A stretch of 38,916 bases of DNA from the NCBI GenBank assembly GCA_036163695.1, contig JAYZKG010000006.1:1-38916 (forward strand), read 5' to 3'. Position numbers and translations under genes: made by a program. Shown piece by piece: positions 30,958-38,916 of this stretch (its first letter is position 1; every line of letters starts with the position of its first letter). The notes beneath the pieces are model-generated. The model was not told where the DNA came from, did no database searches, and saw only the letters and a list, made by a program, of their open reading frames with translations. This DNA is from Actinomycetota bacterium. Lineage in GTDB: Bacteria > Actinomycetota > Acidimicrobiia > Actinomarinales > Actinomarinaceae.

Positions 30958-33900
30958 CTAACTTTCTGGATCATCACGTTCTGGTCGTGTCATATCAATT
31001 CCAAGTGTTTCTGCTGTCTTGACATATTCATCGCTAATTTCTTTCATGGAAATTTCTTCCCCTGCGGAAAGTATTTCTACATTTAGACATAAGCTTTGCA
31101 TTTCTTTGAGAAGTACTTTAAACGATTCTGGAATACCAGGTTCTGGTATATTATCTCCCTTAACAATTGACTCATATACTTTAACTCTTCCGACAGTATC
31201 ATCAGATTTAATTGTTAATAACTCTTGTAAAGCGTAACTTGCTCCATAAGCTTCTAGAGCCCAGACTTCCATTTCTCCAAACCTCTGTCCTCCAAATTGT
31301 GCCTTACCACCCAAAGGTTGTTGAGTAATCATAGAATAAGGCCCTGTAGATCTTGCATGTATTTTTTCATCAACTAAATGGATTAGCTTGAGTATATATG
31401 TGTAGCCTACAGTAATCTTTGAATCAAAAGACTCTCCTGTTCTTCCATCATAGAGAGTTGCCTTACCGTCATCATCAACTAATAAATCACCGTCTTCATT
31501 AGCGTTAACGTTTCTAAGAATTTCGTGTATTTCATCTTCGTGAGCTCCGTCAAAAACAGGTGTTGATATTAGAGTTTCGGGATCAGCTCCTGAGCCTGCT
31601 ACTGAATTTGAATTGAATTCTTTCCAACCTTTATTTGCAGCCCAACCTAAGTGTGTTTCAAGAACTTGTCCTAGGTTCATACGGCTAGGAACTCCTAACG
31701 GAGAAAGTAATATATCAACTGGAGTACCATCTTTTAGATACGGCATATCTTCCTCTGCTAGTATTTTTGAAATAACACCCTTGTTGCCATGTCTTCCAGA
31801 TAGCTTATCTCCTACTTGTATTTTTCTTTGTATTGCAATATAAACTCTAACCTTTTGATTAACCATTGGCTGCATGTCATGACCGTCATCTCTCTTTAGT
31901 ATTTGTACGTCTATTACCTTCCCTCTTTCTCCGTGAGGAACTCTTAATGATGTATCCCTGACCTCTCTTGCTTTTTCTCCAAAAATAGCTCGTAACAATC
32001 TTTCTTCTGGGGTCAGCTCTGTTTCGCCTTTCGGTGTTACTTTCCCTACAAGATAATCTCCTGGTGAAACTTCTGCACCTATCCTAACAATACCCATTTC
32101 ATCTAGATCCATTAATACTTCTTCGGCCACATTTGGTATATCTCTAGTAATCTCTTCCTCTCCAAGCTTGGTATCTCGAGCCTCAATTTCATGTTCTGCT
32201 ATGTGTACAGAAGTAAGAACGTCTTCCTTTACAAGTCTCTCACTAATTACTATGGAGTCCTCGAAGTTGTAACCACTCCATGGCATATATGCAACCAATA
32301 AATTTTTCCCTAGGGCGAGCTCTCCATTTCTAGTTGAAGGTCCATCTGCTATAACTTGTCCTTTTTTTACCCTATCACCTACTGAAACTATTGGCTTTTG
32401 ATTAAAACTTGTAGCCTGGTTTGATCTTTTAAACTTCTTTACTTCAAATGGAATCTTCTTATTTGAATCTTCTTCTTTAATTTCTATGGTCTCTCCGGTT
32501 ACACCAACGACATTCCCGTTCACAGTCGAAACGAGTGCTTCCCCCGAGTCTTTTGCAACATTTGACTCCATCCCTGTTCCTATGTAAGGAGCTTCTGTAG
32601 TAACTAGAGGAACTGCCTGCCTCTGCATGTTGGAGCCCATTAATGCCCTATTCGCATCATCGTGCTCTAAGAAAGGAATGAGTGCAGTAGTTACTGAACA
32701 AATTTGTTTAGGACTAACGTCCATATAGTCAACTTCTTTGGGCTTTACGTATGATACTGTTCCTCCATCATGCCTAGATAAGACTTGAGGATTTACAAAA
32801 GTTCCATCTTCATTAAGAGGTGCGTTGGCTTGAGCAATAATATAGTCATCCTCTTGCTGTGCGGTAAGGTAGACCGGCTTTGTTCTTTTTACCTCACCAT
32901 TGACTACTTTCCAATAAGGAGTCTCTATAAAGCCAAATCTATTAACACGGCCATAAGTTGCAAGAGTCCCAATTAAGCCAATGTTTGGTCCTTCAGGAGT
33001 TTCAATAGGGCACATACGGCCATAATGTGATGGATGGACATCCCTTACCTCAAAACCTGCTCTTTCTCGAGAAAGACCTCCCGGACCAAGAGCAGATAAT
33101 CTTCTCCTGTGAGTAAGCCCTGCTATTGGGTTAGGTTGATCCATGAATTGGCTTAATTGACTTGTTCCAAAAAACTCTTTTAGTGCTGCCTGTATAGGCC
33201 TGATGTTTATCAATGATTGTGGAGTTATGGCTTCAGGCTCTTGAGTTGTCATCCTTTCCTTTACAACTCTTTCCAGCCTACTGAGGCCTACCCTAACTTG
33301 ATTCTGTACCAGCTCTCCTACAGTCCTTATTCTTCGATTCCCAAAATGATCTATATCATCAAATTTTACGTCTATCTCTCTTTTTAGATTATTGGTAAAT
33401 GATTTATCTCCTGCATGCAAAGCTATGACATACTTAATTGTATCTAACATATCTTCTACTTGGAGCATACCTTCTGCCTCAACCTTGTAAGTCTCTGCGT
33501 CTTTCTCTCCATAATCTCTACCTAGAGTTTGGGAAAGCTTGTACCTTCCAACTTTTGTTAAATCATATCTTTTCGGTGTAAAAAACATTTGTCTAACAAG
33601 ATTTCTTGCTGACTCTACTGTTGCCGGTTCGCCAGGTCGTAATTTTCTATAAAGATCGATTAGTGCTTCTTCCGGTGTCGAATCAGAATCTCTTGCAATG
33701 GTATTGTGAATTGAAGGAAAATCTCCAAAAAATTCTAATACCTGCTCCTGAGTTTCCATCTTTACTTTTCCAAATTTTTCTGGTTCTACAAAATAAAGAG
33801 CTCTGAGGAAAGCTGTTATATGTTGTCTTCTTTTTCTATCAACTCTTACTCCTATTGTGTCTCGTTTGTCAGAATCGAATTCAAGCCAAGCTCCTCTTCC

Positions 33901-34401
33901 TGGAATAATCTTCCCAATAAATATGTCTCTATCTGAAGTCTTATCTACTTCTTGAGAAAAATAAACTCCTGGAGATCTTACAAGCTGGCTAACAATAACT
34001 CTCTCTGTTCCATTTATTACAAAAGTTCCATCTCTAGTCATAATTGGAAAATCTCCCAGGAAGATATCTCTATCAATCACCTGTCCACCAGTTTCTCTAT
34101 CTGTAAATTCACAAACTAAATGAAGAGGTCTTGAATATGTTTGGTCAGTAATCCTACATTCTTCGATACTTCTCTGAGGTTCTTTGAAATAGTGGTCGAG
34201 TATTTTAAGTTCAAATCTTCGAGAGAAGTCTTCAATAGGAGATATCTCTTCTAAAATCTCTTGAAGTCCAGATTTTTGATTATCTTGATCTTTCTTTATA
34301 AATAAATCAAAAGATTCTTTCTGAATTGTTAGTAGGTCTGGTATCTCCAATATTTGTGAACTTTTACCAAAAGATAACCTGTTATTTTTAACAGTGGACA
34401 A
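30958..34401 (-). CDS. rpoB: RNA polymerase subunit beta
   Basis: [21 protein letters not shown] and [10 protein letters not shown]; TTG at 34401 after SD AGGAGG preferred to 34419. Confidence 0.98.
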   Translation of the reverse strand: MSTVKNNRLSFGKSSQILEIPDLLTIQKESFDLFIKKDQDNQKSGLQEILEEISPIEDFSRRFELKILDHYFKEPQRSIEECRITDQTYSRPLHLVCEFTDRETGGQVIDRDIFLGDFPIMTRDGTFVINGTERVIVSQLVRSPGVYFSQEVDKTSDRDIFIGKIIPGRGAWLEFDSDKRDTIGVRVDRKRRQHITAFLRALYFVEPEKFGKVKMETQEQVLEFFGDFPSIHNTIARDSDSTPEEALIDLYRKLRPGEPATVESARNLVRQMFFTPKRYDLTKVGRYKLSQTLGRDYGEKDAETYKVEAEGMLQVEDMLDTIKYVIALHAGDKSFTNNLKREIDVKFDDIDHFGNRRIRTVGELVQNQVRVGLSRLERVVKERMTTQEPEAITPQSLINIRPIQAALKEFFGTSQLSQFMDQPNPIAGLTHRRRLSALGPGGLSRERAGFEVRDVHPSHYGRMCPIETPEGPNIGLIGTLATYGRVNRFGFIETPYWKVVNGEVKRTKPVYLTAQQEDDYIIAQANAPLNEDGTFVNPQVLSRHDGGTVSYVKPKEVDYMDVSPKQICSVTTALIPFLEHDDANRALMGSNMQRQAVPLVTTEAPYIGTGMESNVAKDSGEALVSTVNGNVVGVTGETIEIKEEDSNKKIPFEVKKFKRSNQATSFNQKPIVSVGDRVKKGQVIADGPSTRNGELALGKNLLVAYMPWSGYNFEDSIVISERLVKEDVLTSVHIAEHEIEARDTKLGEEEITRDIPNVAEEVLMDLDEMGIVRIGAEVSPGDYLVGKVTPKGETELTPEERLLRAIFGEKAREVRDTSLRVPHGERGKVIDVQILKRDDGHDMQPMVNQKVRVYIAIQRKIQVGDKLSGRHGNKGVISKILAEEDMPYLKDGTPVDILLSPLGVPSRMNLGQVLETHLGWAANKGWKEFNSNSVAGSGADPETLISTPVFDGAHEDEIHEILRNVNANEDGDLLVDDDGKATLYDGRTGESFDSKITVGYTYILKLIHLVDEKIHARSTGPYSMITQQPLGGKAQFGGQRFGEMEVWALEAYGASYALQELLTIKSDDTVGRVKVYESIVKGDNIPEPGIPESFKVLLKEMQSLCLNVEILSAGEEISMKEISDEYVKTAETLGIDMTRPERDDPES

Positions 34402-34441
34402 CGAGCCTCCTAAAACCAAAAAGAAATACCAAAGACAGAGT

Positions 34442-34470
34442 ATATTAGCACTTAAGAATTAAGTAATCAA
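34442..34470 (-). promoter_or_regulatory. putative sigma-A promoter of rpoBC
   Basis: TTGATT, then a 17-bp spacer ending TGC, then TAATAT: -35, extended TG and -10 at canonical spacing. Confidence 0.7.
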
Positions 34471-34482
34471 ATTTATAGTAGA

Positions 34483-34866
34483 TTATTTAAGTTCTACAGT
34501 TGCGCCAGCACCTTCAAGGGCTTCTTTGGCTTTGTCTGCATCTTCCTTTGAAGCACCTTTTAATATTTCTGATGGAGCACCATCAACCATTTCTTTTGCC
34601 TCTTTAAGACCTAAGCTAGTTAAACCTCTTACTTCCTTGATAACCTGTATCTTTTGATCCCCTGCTGAAGCGAGAACAACATCAAAAGAATCCTTTTCTT
34701 CTCCTCCTGAAGCTTCTTCTCCACCGCCTGTAGGGGCAGCAACTGCAACTGGTGCAGCAGCTGTAACATCGAACTTCTCCTCAAAAGCATCTAAGAATTC
34801 TTTCAGTTCCAAAACTGACATTTCCTCTATTGCCTTTAATAAGTCATCACTAGTTAGCTTTGCCAT
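34483..34866 (-). CDS. rplL: 50S ribosomal protein L7/L12
   Basis: [10 protein letters not shown] hinge, KIQVIKEVR and LGLKEAK. Confidence 0.98.
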   Translation of the reverse strand: MAKLTSDDLLKAIEEMSVLELKEFLDAFEEKFDVTAAAPVAVAAPTGGGEEASGGEEKDSFDVVLASAGDQKIQVIKEVRGLTSLGLKEAKEMVDGAPSEILKGASKEDADKAKEALEGAGATVELK

Positions 34867-34868
34867 TA

Positions 34869-35417
34869 TTATTCCTCCTCTTTTGTTACATCGTCATTTT
34901 GCACATTTTTTTGATCTAGTAAAGCAGAAAAAGCATAGGCTGGTTTATTAACCAGTGCTTTACCAAGACCAAAAAACTTATTTAACGGAGCAGCAAACCC
35001 TCCGGCAAGTTTTGCTAAAAGGATATCTCTAGACTCAATAGTGGCCAAGACCTTAATCTTGTCAACAGAAAGGCTTTCACCTTCCATCCTTCCTCCTTTA
35101 ATTACAAATGAATCATGTTCTTCAGAAAAATTTTTCAGAACTTTTGCAGCCTCAACAGGGTCTGAATCAATGACTGCAACACCTGTAGGTCCATTTAGAT
35201 ATTCGATTATATTTTCAAAACCTAAATTTTCTGCTGCTCTCTTTGCAAGAGACATTTTTACTACATTGAAGCTTGCTCCTGCTTCTTTAAGATCTTTTCT
35301 GAGTTTCATTTGCTGAACAACACTTAGGCCTCGATATTCTGCTAAAACCAGAGAGGAGGCATTTGAAAACATGCCTTCTATCTCTTTTACTTTTTCTTTC
35401 TTATCTTTTCTTACCAT
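34869..35417 (-). CDS. rplJ: 50S ribosomal protein L10
   Basis: EYRGLSV..LRKDL, GPT and IKGG; start at ATG 35417 (MVRKDK) after SD GAGGA. Confidence 0.95.
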   Translation of the reverse strand: MVRKDKKEKVKEIEGMFSNASSLVLAEYRGLSVVQQMKLRKDLKEAGASFNVVKMSLAKRAAENLGFENIIEYLNGPTGVAVIDSDPVEAAKVLKNFSEEHDSFVIKGGRMEGESLSVDKIKVLATIESRDILLAKLAGGFAAPLNKFFGLGKALVNKPAYAFSALLDQKNVQNDDVTKEEE

Positions 35418-35495
35418 AAAAAAAATCCTCATACCAAGGACCGGAAAAATTACCTGCGCTAGAAATTAAGGTTGACCCACTAGCGGTCTTTGGTT
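35418..35495 (-). promoter_or_regulatory. L10 leader (L10/L12 autoregulatory RNA)
   Basis: CCAAAGACCGCUAG..UUAA..CUAGCGCAGGU matches the L10-leader pattern, followed by a short SD-containing hairpin and a U8 run. Confidence 0.85.
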
Positions 35496-35509
35496 TCTAT
35501 TGTTCACTT

Positions 35510-35537
35510 ATACTATCAAAGTAGAAATTATATACAA
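35510..35537 (-). promoter_or_regulatory. putative promoter of rplJ-rplL
   Basis: TTGTAT, a 16-bp spacer ending TGA, then TAGTAT, just upstream of the L10 leader. Confidence 0.55.
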
Positions 35538-35540
35538 TTC

Positions 35541-36218
35541 TTAATTTAAATCTATAGCTATAGAGGGGCCCATTGTAGAGGAAGCATATATTTTCTTTAT
35601 GTAATCCCCTTTTGATGAAGCTGGCTTAGCTCGATTAATCTCTCCTAAAACTTCTTCATAGTTTTCAAGTAGTTTTTCAAGATCAAAAGATGCCTTTCCA
35701 ATAGAAAGATGAACATTCCCTAATTTATCATTCTTTATTTCGACTTTTCCTTTCTTAAAGTCATTAACAGCCTTTGCAACATCAGCAGTAACGGTACCTG
35801 TTTTTGGATTAGGCATTAGTCCTTTAGGGCCTAAAATCTTTCCAAGCTGACCAACTTCACTCATCATGTCAGGTGTTGAAATGATAATGTCGACATCAAT
35901 ATCACCCTCGGATTTTACCTTTGTAGCTAGGTCTTTTCCTCCAACAATTTCTGCACCTGCCTTCTCAGCTTCGGAGAGAGACTCCCCTCCGGCAAAAACA
36001 GCAATCCTAACATCCTTGCCAGTCCCTGCAGGTAAAGAAACGGTAGTTCTAATATTTTCTTCTGCTACTTTTGTATCTACCCCTAAAACAACTACGAGAT
36101 CAATTGACTCGTCAAATTTTGCTGTTGCAAGCTTTTTACATAAAGCTAGTGCATCACCTTTATCTACTGGGCTACTTGGAATCTCTTCAAGTAGTGAGTT
36201 GTATCTTTTGTTTTTCAT
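35541..36218 (-). CDS. rplA: 50S ribosomal protein L1
   Basis: [29 protein letters not shown] and STMGP. Confidence 0.98.
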   Translation of the reverse strand: MKNKRYNSLLEEIPSSPVDKGDALALCKKLATAKFDESIDLVVVLGVDTKVAEENIRTTVSLPAGTGKDVRIAVFAGGESLSEAEKAGAEIVGGKDLATKVKSEGDIDVDIIISTPDMMSEVGQLGKILGPKGLMPNPKTGTVTADVAKAVNDFKKGKVEIKNDKLGNVHLSIGKASFDLEKLLENYEEVLGEINRAKPASSKGDYIKKIYASSTMGPSIAIDLN

Positions 36219-36227
36219 CTTTCCTCC

Positions 36228-36257
36228 TTTTGGTTTTAGCGACAGCGTCTCCCAAAA
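36228..36257 (-). promoter_or_regulatory. L1-binding translational operator
   Basis: UUUUGG-GA-GAC(GCU)GUC-GCUAAAA-CCAAAA: two stems around an asymmetric internal loop, like known L1 mRNA sites; abuts the rplA SD AGGAGG. Confidence 0.75.
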
Positions 36258-36269
36258 ATTATCTATATT

Positions 36270-36695
36270 TTAATTATCTACTGTTATCCCCATTGATCTT
36301 GCTGTTCCTGCAATAATCTTCATTGCAGCTTCTATGTCGTTAGCGTTAAGGTCTTCCATTTTTGCTTCTGCTATTTCTTTGAGCTGGTCTTGCGACAAGT
36401 TGCCGACCTTTTCTTTATGTGGCTCTGGAGATCCAGACTCTAGACCAAGTGCTTTTTTAATTAGATAGGAAGCTGGTGCCGTTTTAGTAATATAAGTAAA
36501 TGACTTATCTACATATATAGTTATTTCAACAGGAACAATCTCACCTTGCCTAGAGGCAGTGTCGTTGTTAAATGCTTGAACAAAGTCCATAATATTTACA
36601 CCGTATTGTCCAAGAGCAGATCCTACGGGTGGGGCGGGTGTTGCTCCTCCTGCAGGAATTTGTAATTTAACTAGAGCTTCTACTTCTTTTGCCAT
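36270..36695 (-). CDS. rplK: 50S ribosomal protein L11
   Basis: [12 protein letters not shown] and IAGTARSMG. Confidence 0.98.
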   Translation of the reverse strand: MAKEVEALVKLQIPAGGATPAPPVGSALGQYGVNIMDFVQAFNNDTASRQGEIVPVEITIYVDKSFTYITKTAPASYLIKKALGLESGSPEPHKEKVGNLSQDQLKEIAEAKMEDLNANDIEAAMKIIAGTARSMGITVDN

Positions 36696-36707
36696 ATCTA
36701 CACCAAC

Positions 36708-37322
36708 CTAATTTTTCACTATGTCTGTAAATGCTAGCTCTAATGGTGTTTCTCTACCAAAAACATTAACCAAAACTGTAACTTTTGATTGATCAAGATT
36801 GATTTCTTCAATTATGCCATTGAAATCTGCAAAAGGTCCGTTTGTTACCCTTACAGTTTCTCCATTCTCAAAATCAGGCTTAAACTTGGGTGATTCTTTT
36901 GTCTCCTCAGCTTCTTCATTTGTACCAATAATTCTTTCTACTTCTTTTTTTGACAATGGTGCTGGATGCTTCCCTGAACCAACGAAACCTATCACAGACG
37001 GTGTATTTCTAATCTCATATAGTAAGTTTGGATCCTCATCCATTCTTACTAAGACATAACCAGGGAAAGTTTTTTTCTCTACATTAACCTTTTTACCATT
37101 TCTTATTTCGATTACTTCTTCAGTAGGAATAGCAACATCATAGATGCGGTCTTCTAGGTGGAGGTTTTTTACTCTTGTTAGGAGATTGTCTTTAACTTTT
37201 TTTTCATGTCCAGATTGAGCATTTAAAACAAACCATTGCCCTGGTAAATCATACGGATGCTCGCTAAATATATAGCTTTCTTCAGTAGCATCTTTTGAAT
37301 CTTCAGTAAGTATTTCTTCCAT
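36708..37322 (-). CDS. nusG: transcription termination/antitermination factor NusG
   Basis: FPGYVLV, TPSVIGFVG, KOW motif GPFADFNG and FGRETP. Confidence 0.97.
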   Translation of the reverse strand: MEEILTEDSKDATEESYIFSEHPYDLPGQWFVLNAQSGHEKKVKDNLLTRVKNLHLEDRIYDVAIPTEEVIEIRNGKKVNVEKKTFPGYVLVRMDEDPNLLYEIRNTPSVIGFVGSGKHPAPLSKKEVERIIGTNEEAEETKESPKFKPDFENGETVRVTNGPFADFNGIIEEINLDQSKVTVLVNVFGRETPLELAFTDIVKN

Positions 37323-37325
37323 TAT

Positions 37326-37628
37326 TTATCTCCCAGAATTAAGTAGGTTAATCAATCCTTGTTTAAAACCAAAATCTAAACCAAAAATGATTACAGTAAC
37401 AACTGCTACCGTTACTACTGTAACTAGTGTGTAAGAGGTCAGTAAGTCTACTGAGGGCCAATTAACCCTCTTTAATTCGACACTAACTTCAGATAAATAA
37501 TTAAAAACCCTCCTAAGTCTTGAAACTTTTTCATCAGTATTTTTCTGGCCAACATTTCGATCAGCTTTCTTTGCAAGGCGCTCTTCACGCTCTGCCATTC
37601 TTCGCATCTCTCTATTCATATCATTCAT
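37326..37628 (-). CDS. secE: preprotein translocase subunit SecE
   Basis: ELKRVNWPS followed by one TM helix and LD; tRNA-Trp-secE-nusG synteny. Confidence 0.94.
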   Translation of the reverse strand: MNDMNREMRRMAEREERLAKKADRNVGQKNTDEKVSRLRRVFNYLSEVSVELKRVNWPSVDLLTSYTLVTVVTVAVVTVIIFGLDFGFKQGLINLLNSGR

Positions 37629-37640
37629 AAATACCTCTCG

Positions 37641-37714
37641 CAGGGGTGGTGAGATTCGAACTCACAACCTCCGGTTTTGGAGACCGGCGCTCTGCCAATT
37701 AGAGCTACACCCCT
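37641..37714 (-). tRNA. tRNA-Trp (CCA)
   Basis: AGGGGTG..CACCCCTG acceptor stem, anticodon arm CCGGT-CTCCAAA-ACCGG and T-loop TTCGAAT; 3' CCA not encoded. Confidence 0.97.
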
Positions 37715-37720
37715 AAATTA

Positions 37721-37972
37721 TTACTCATCCTCAGATTTATCTGTAGAGCGATTCCTTATAATTATCACTACAAAAATAGTAACAAGAAAAAGCAGCGCGA
37801 ATGCAAGGAATCGTAATAGAAAACTCCTTGAATTTTTTGAAGTATCATCCAAAGATTTCATTACCTTCCCTACAAAATCTTCTGGAGGGGATATCTTTTT
37901 ATCCTGAGTTCCTCCTTTTAGTTCATCTAAGAGTTCATCAATATCCAATTTATATCTCCTAAAGAAATTCAT
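37721..37972 (-). CDS. small single-pass membrane protein, putative anti-sigma factor
   Basis: Directly downstream of the ECF sigma. Cytoplasmic helix PPEDFVGKVM, one TM segment (FLAFALLFLVTIFVVIII) and a short tail. Confidence 0.65.
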   Translation of the reverse strand: MNFFRRYKLDIDELLDELKGGTQDKKISPPEDFVGKVMKSLDDTSKNSRSFLLRFLAFALLFLVTIFVVIIIRNRSTDKSEDE

Positions 37973-37981
37973 AATTTTATT

Positions 37982-38566
37982 TTACCTCTCTAAATCTTCT
38001 AACATTACTCGCAATTTTTGATGAGCCCGGTGTAACCTCACTTTTGCTGCTGTTACCGTAATTCCTAGGTACTCTGCAATTTCCTTGTGAGACCTTCCTT
38101 CAATATTTTTTAATTCTACAATTATTCTCTGCTCCATTGGTAGCTTGTTTAGTGCCTGCCTTAAAACAAATGAAAGGTCTGAATTAATTGCTATAAGCTC
38201 TGGATCTTTTTTTTCATCTATAACTATTGGTTCCTGTGTTTCTTCTATATTTGCCAAAGTATGTTTTTTGGCCTTCTTTCTCAATGTCCAAGCTGTATTT
38301 ACAGTTATTCTATAGATCCAAGTACTGAAGGCTGAGTCACCTCTAAATTTCTCTATTGCTCTCCAAGCTCTGATGAATGCTTCTTGAGCAATATCATTTG
38401 CTAAATCTCTATTTCCTGAAAGTTTAAATGCAAGAGAAAAAACTAAGTCTTGATTTCTTATAACTAATTGTTCGAAAGCTTCTTTGTCTCCATTTTGAGA
38501 CCTTGCTACCAGTTCTTCCTCACTTAGTTCATTTGAAAAACTATCTTCTTCCAATTTAGATACCAT
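37982..38566 (-). CDS. ECF-family RNA polymerase sigma factor
   Basis: Region 2 DIAQEAFIRAW..FRGDSAFSTWIYRI and region 4 LPMEQR..SHKEIAEYLG..KVRLHRA. Confidence 0.95.
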   Translation of the reverse strand: MVSKLEEDSFSNELSEEELVARSQNGDKEAFEQLVIRNQDLVFSLAFKLSGNRDLANDIAQEAFIRAWRAIEKFRGDSAFSTWIYRITVNTAWTLRKKAKKHTLANIEETQEPIVIDEKKDPELIAINSDLSFVLRQALNKLPMEQRIIVELKNIEGRSHKEIAEYLGITVTAAKVRLHRAHQKLRVMLEDLER

Positions 38567-38605
38567 ACTTTATAAGAATACTTAATTTTTCTGCATAAAA
38601 AAGAG

Positions 38606-38767
38606 CTATCTTTTTTCTCTAAACAAACAATGCTTTTTGCAAGAAGGACAGTATTTATTTAACTCAATTCTGTCTGGAGTGTTTGTTTTATTTTTTGTCG
38701 TAACGTATACGTGCACCTTACATTCAGTGCATAACATAGTTAGCGGCGGTCTCTTGTCAGATGCCAT
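38606..38767 (-). CDS. rpmG: 50S ribosomal protein L33, zinc-ribbon (C+) type, 53 aa
   Basis: Manual translation: [53 protein letters not shown]; SD AAGGAG. Not in the ORF track. Confidence 0.96.
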   Translation of the reverse strand: MASDKRPPLTMLCTECKVHVYVTTKNKTNTPDRIELNKYCPSCKKHCLFREKR

Positions 38768-38790
38768 ATTTTTCTCCTTTATCTCTTTTG

Positions 38791-38865
38791 TAGCGACGGG
38801 AAGACTTGAACTTCCGACCTCTCGATTATGAGTCGAGCGCTCTAACCAGACTGAGCTACGCCGCC
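38791..38865 (-). tRNA. tRNA-Met (CAT), probably elongator
   Basis: GGCGGCG..CGTCGCTA acceptor stem and anticodon arm CTCGA-CTCATAA-TCGAG; lacks the initiator GGG/CCC pairs. Ile2 not formally excluded. Confidence 0.92.
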
Positions 38866-38868
38866 TTG

Positions 38869-38916
38869 AGCCCTCTTCCGGGTTTGAACCGGAGACCTCC
38901 GCCTTACCATGGCGGT
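38869..38916 (-). tRNA. tRNA-Thr (GGT), 5' part outside the window
   Basis: Anticodon arm CCGCC-ATGGTAA-GGCGG and T-arm TCCGG-TTCAAAC-CCGGA. Confidence 0.92.

Noticed and set aside
33060-33180. Possible rifampicin-resistance changes in RpoB cluster I ([16 protein letters not shown])
   Set aside because: The key Q, D, H, R and S contact residues are intact, and Ala at the S522-equivalent position occurs naturally (e.g. Bacillus). No resistance can be inferred.
38596-38615. Inverted repeat AAAAAAGA-TAGC-TCTTTTTT at the rpmG stop
   Set aside because: Almost entirely A-U pairs; too weak to call a terminator.
37677-38831. Plus-strand ORFs 37677-37907 and 38637-38831
   Set aside because: Antisense to tRNA-Trp and the putative anti-sigma, and to rpmG and tRNA-Met; typical tRNA-shadow translations.
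38791-38865. tRNA(CAT) as initiator fMet
   Set aside because: Lacks the C1:A72 mismatch and the three consecutive G-C pairs in the anticodon stem.
1-38916. Mobile elements, prophage, CRISPR arrays, introns or inteins, recoded genetic code
   Set aside because: No integrase, transposase or repeat array seen; core genes have normal lengths; TGA acts as a stop (tsaE, infA, rpsH) and tRNA-Trp has a CCA anticodon.

Overview
Core, gene-dense, AT-rich window (about 35% GC in a line counted by hand) with every credible gene on the minus strand. In transcription order (right to left): tRNA-Thr(GGT, partial), tRNA-Met(CAT), rpmG, ECF sigma factor, small putative anti-sigma, tRNA-Trp, secE, nusG, rplK, rplA, rplJ, rplL, rpoB, rpoC, rpsL, rpsG, fusA, tuf, the complete S10/spc/alpha clusters (with secY, adk, map, infA, rpmJ), a YIP1-like gene, truA, rplM, rpsI, glmM, a glmS ribozyme, glmS, two unannotated small ORFs, alr, tsaE and tsaB (partial). 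The gene order and an actinobacterial-type beta-prime N-terminal coiled-coil insert, together with low GC and tiny spacers, suggest a streamlined low-GC actinobacterium such as Ca. Actinomarinales (inference). I see no mobile elements, CRISPR arrays or defence genes, and no clearly new multi-gene system. The most interesting signals are: (1) RpoC has lost 3 of the 4 cysteines of its second zinc site, alongside zinc-free L36, S14 and S4 at their canonical positions; (2) a compact glmS ribozyme sits inside an apparently continuous run of genes; (3) an ECF sigma with a minimal anti-sigma lies inside the rpmG-tRNA-Trp-secE cluster; (4) compact L10 and L1 autoregulatory RNAs are present, as is a terminator with a -10-like loop just before rpsJ; (5) two small ORFs between glmS and alr are missing from the ORF track.
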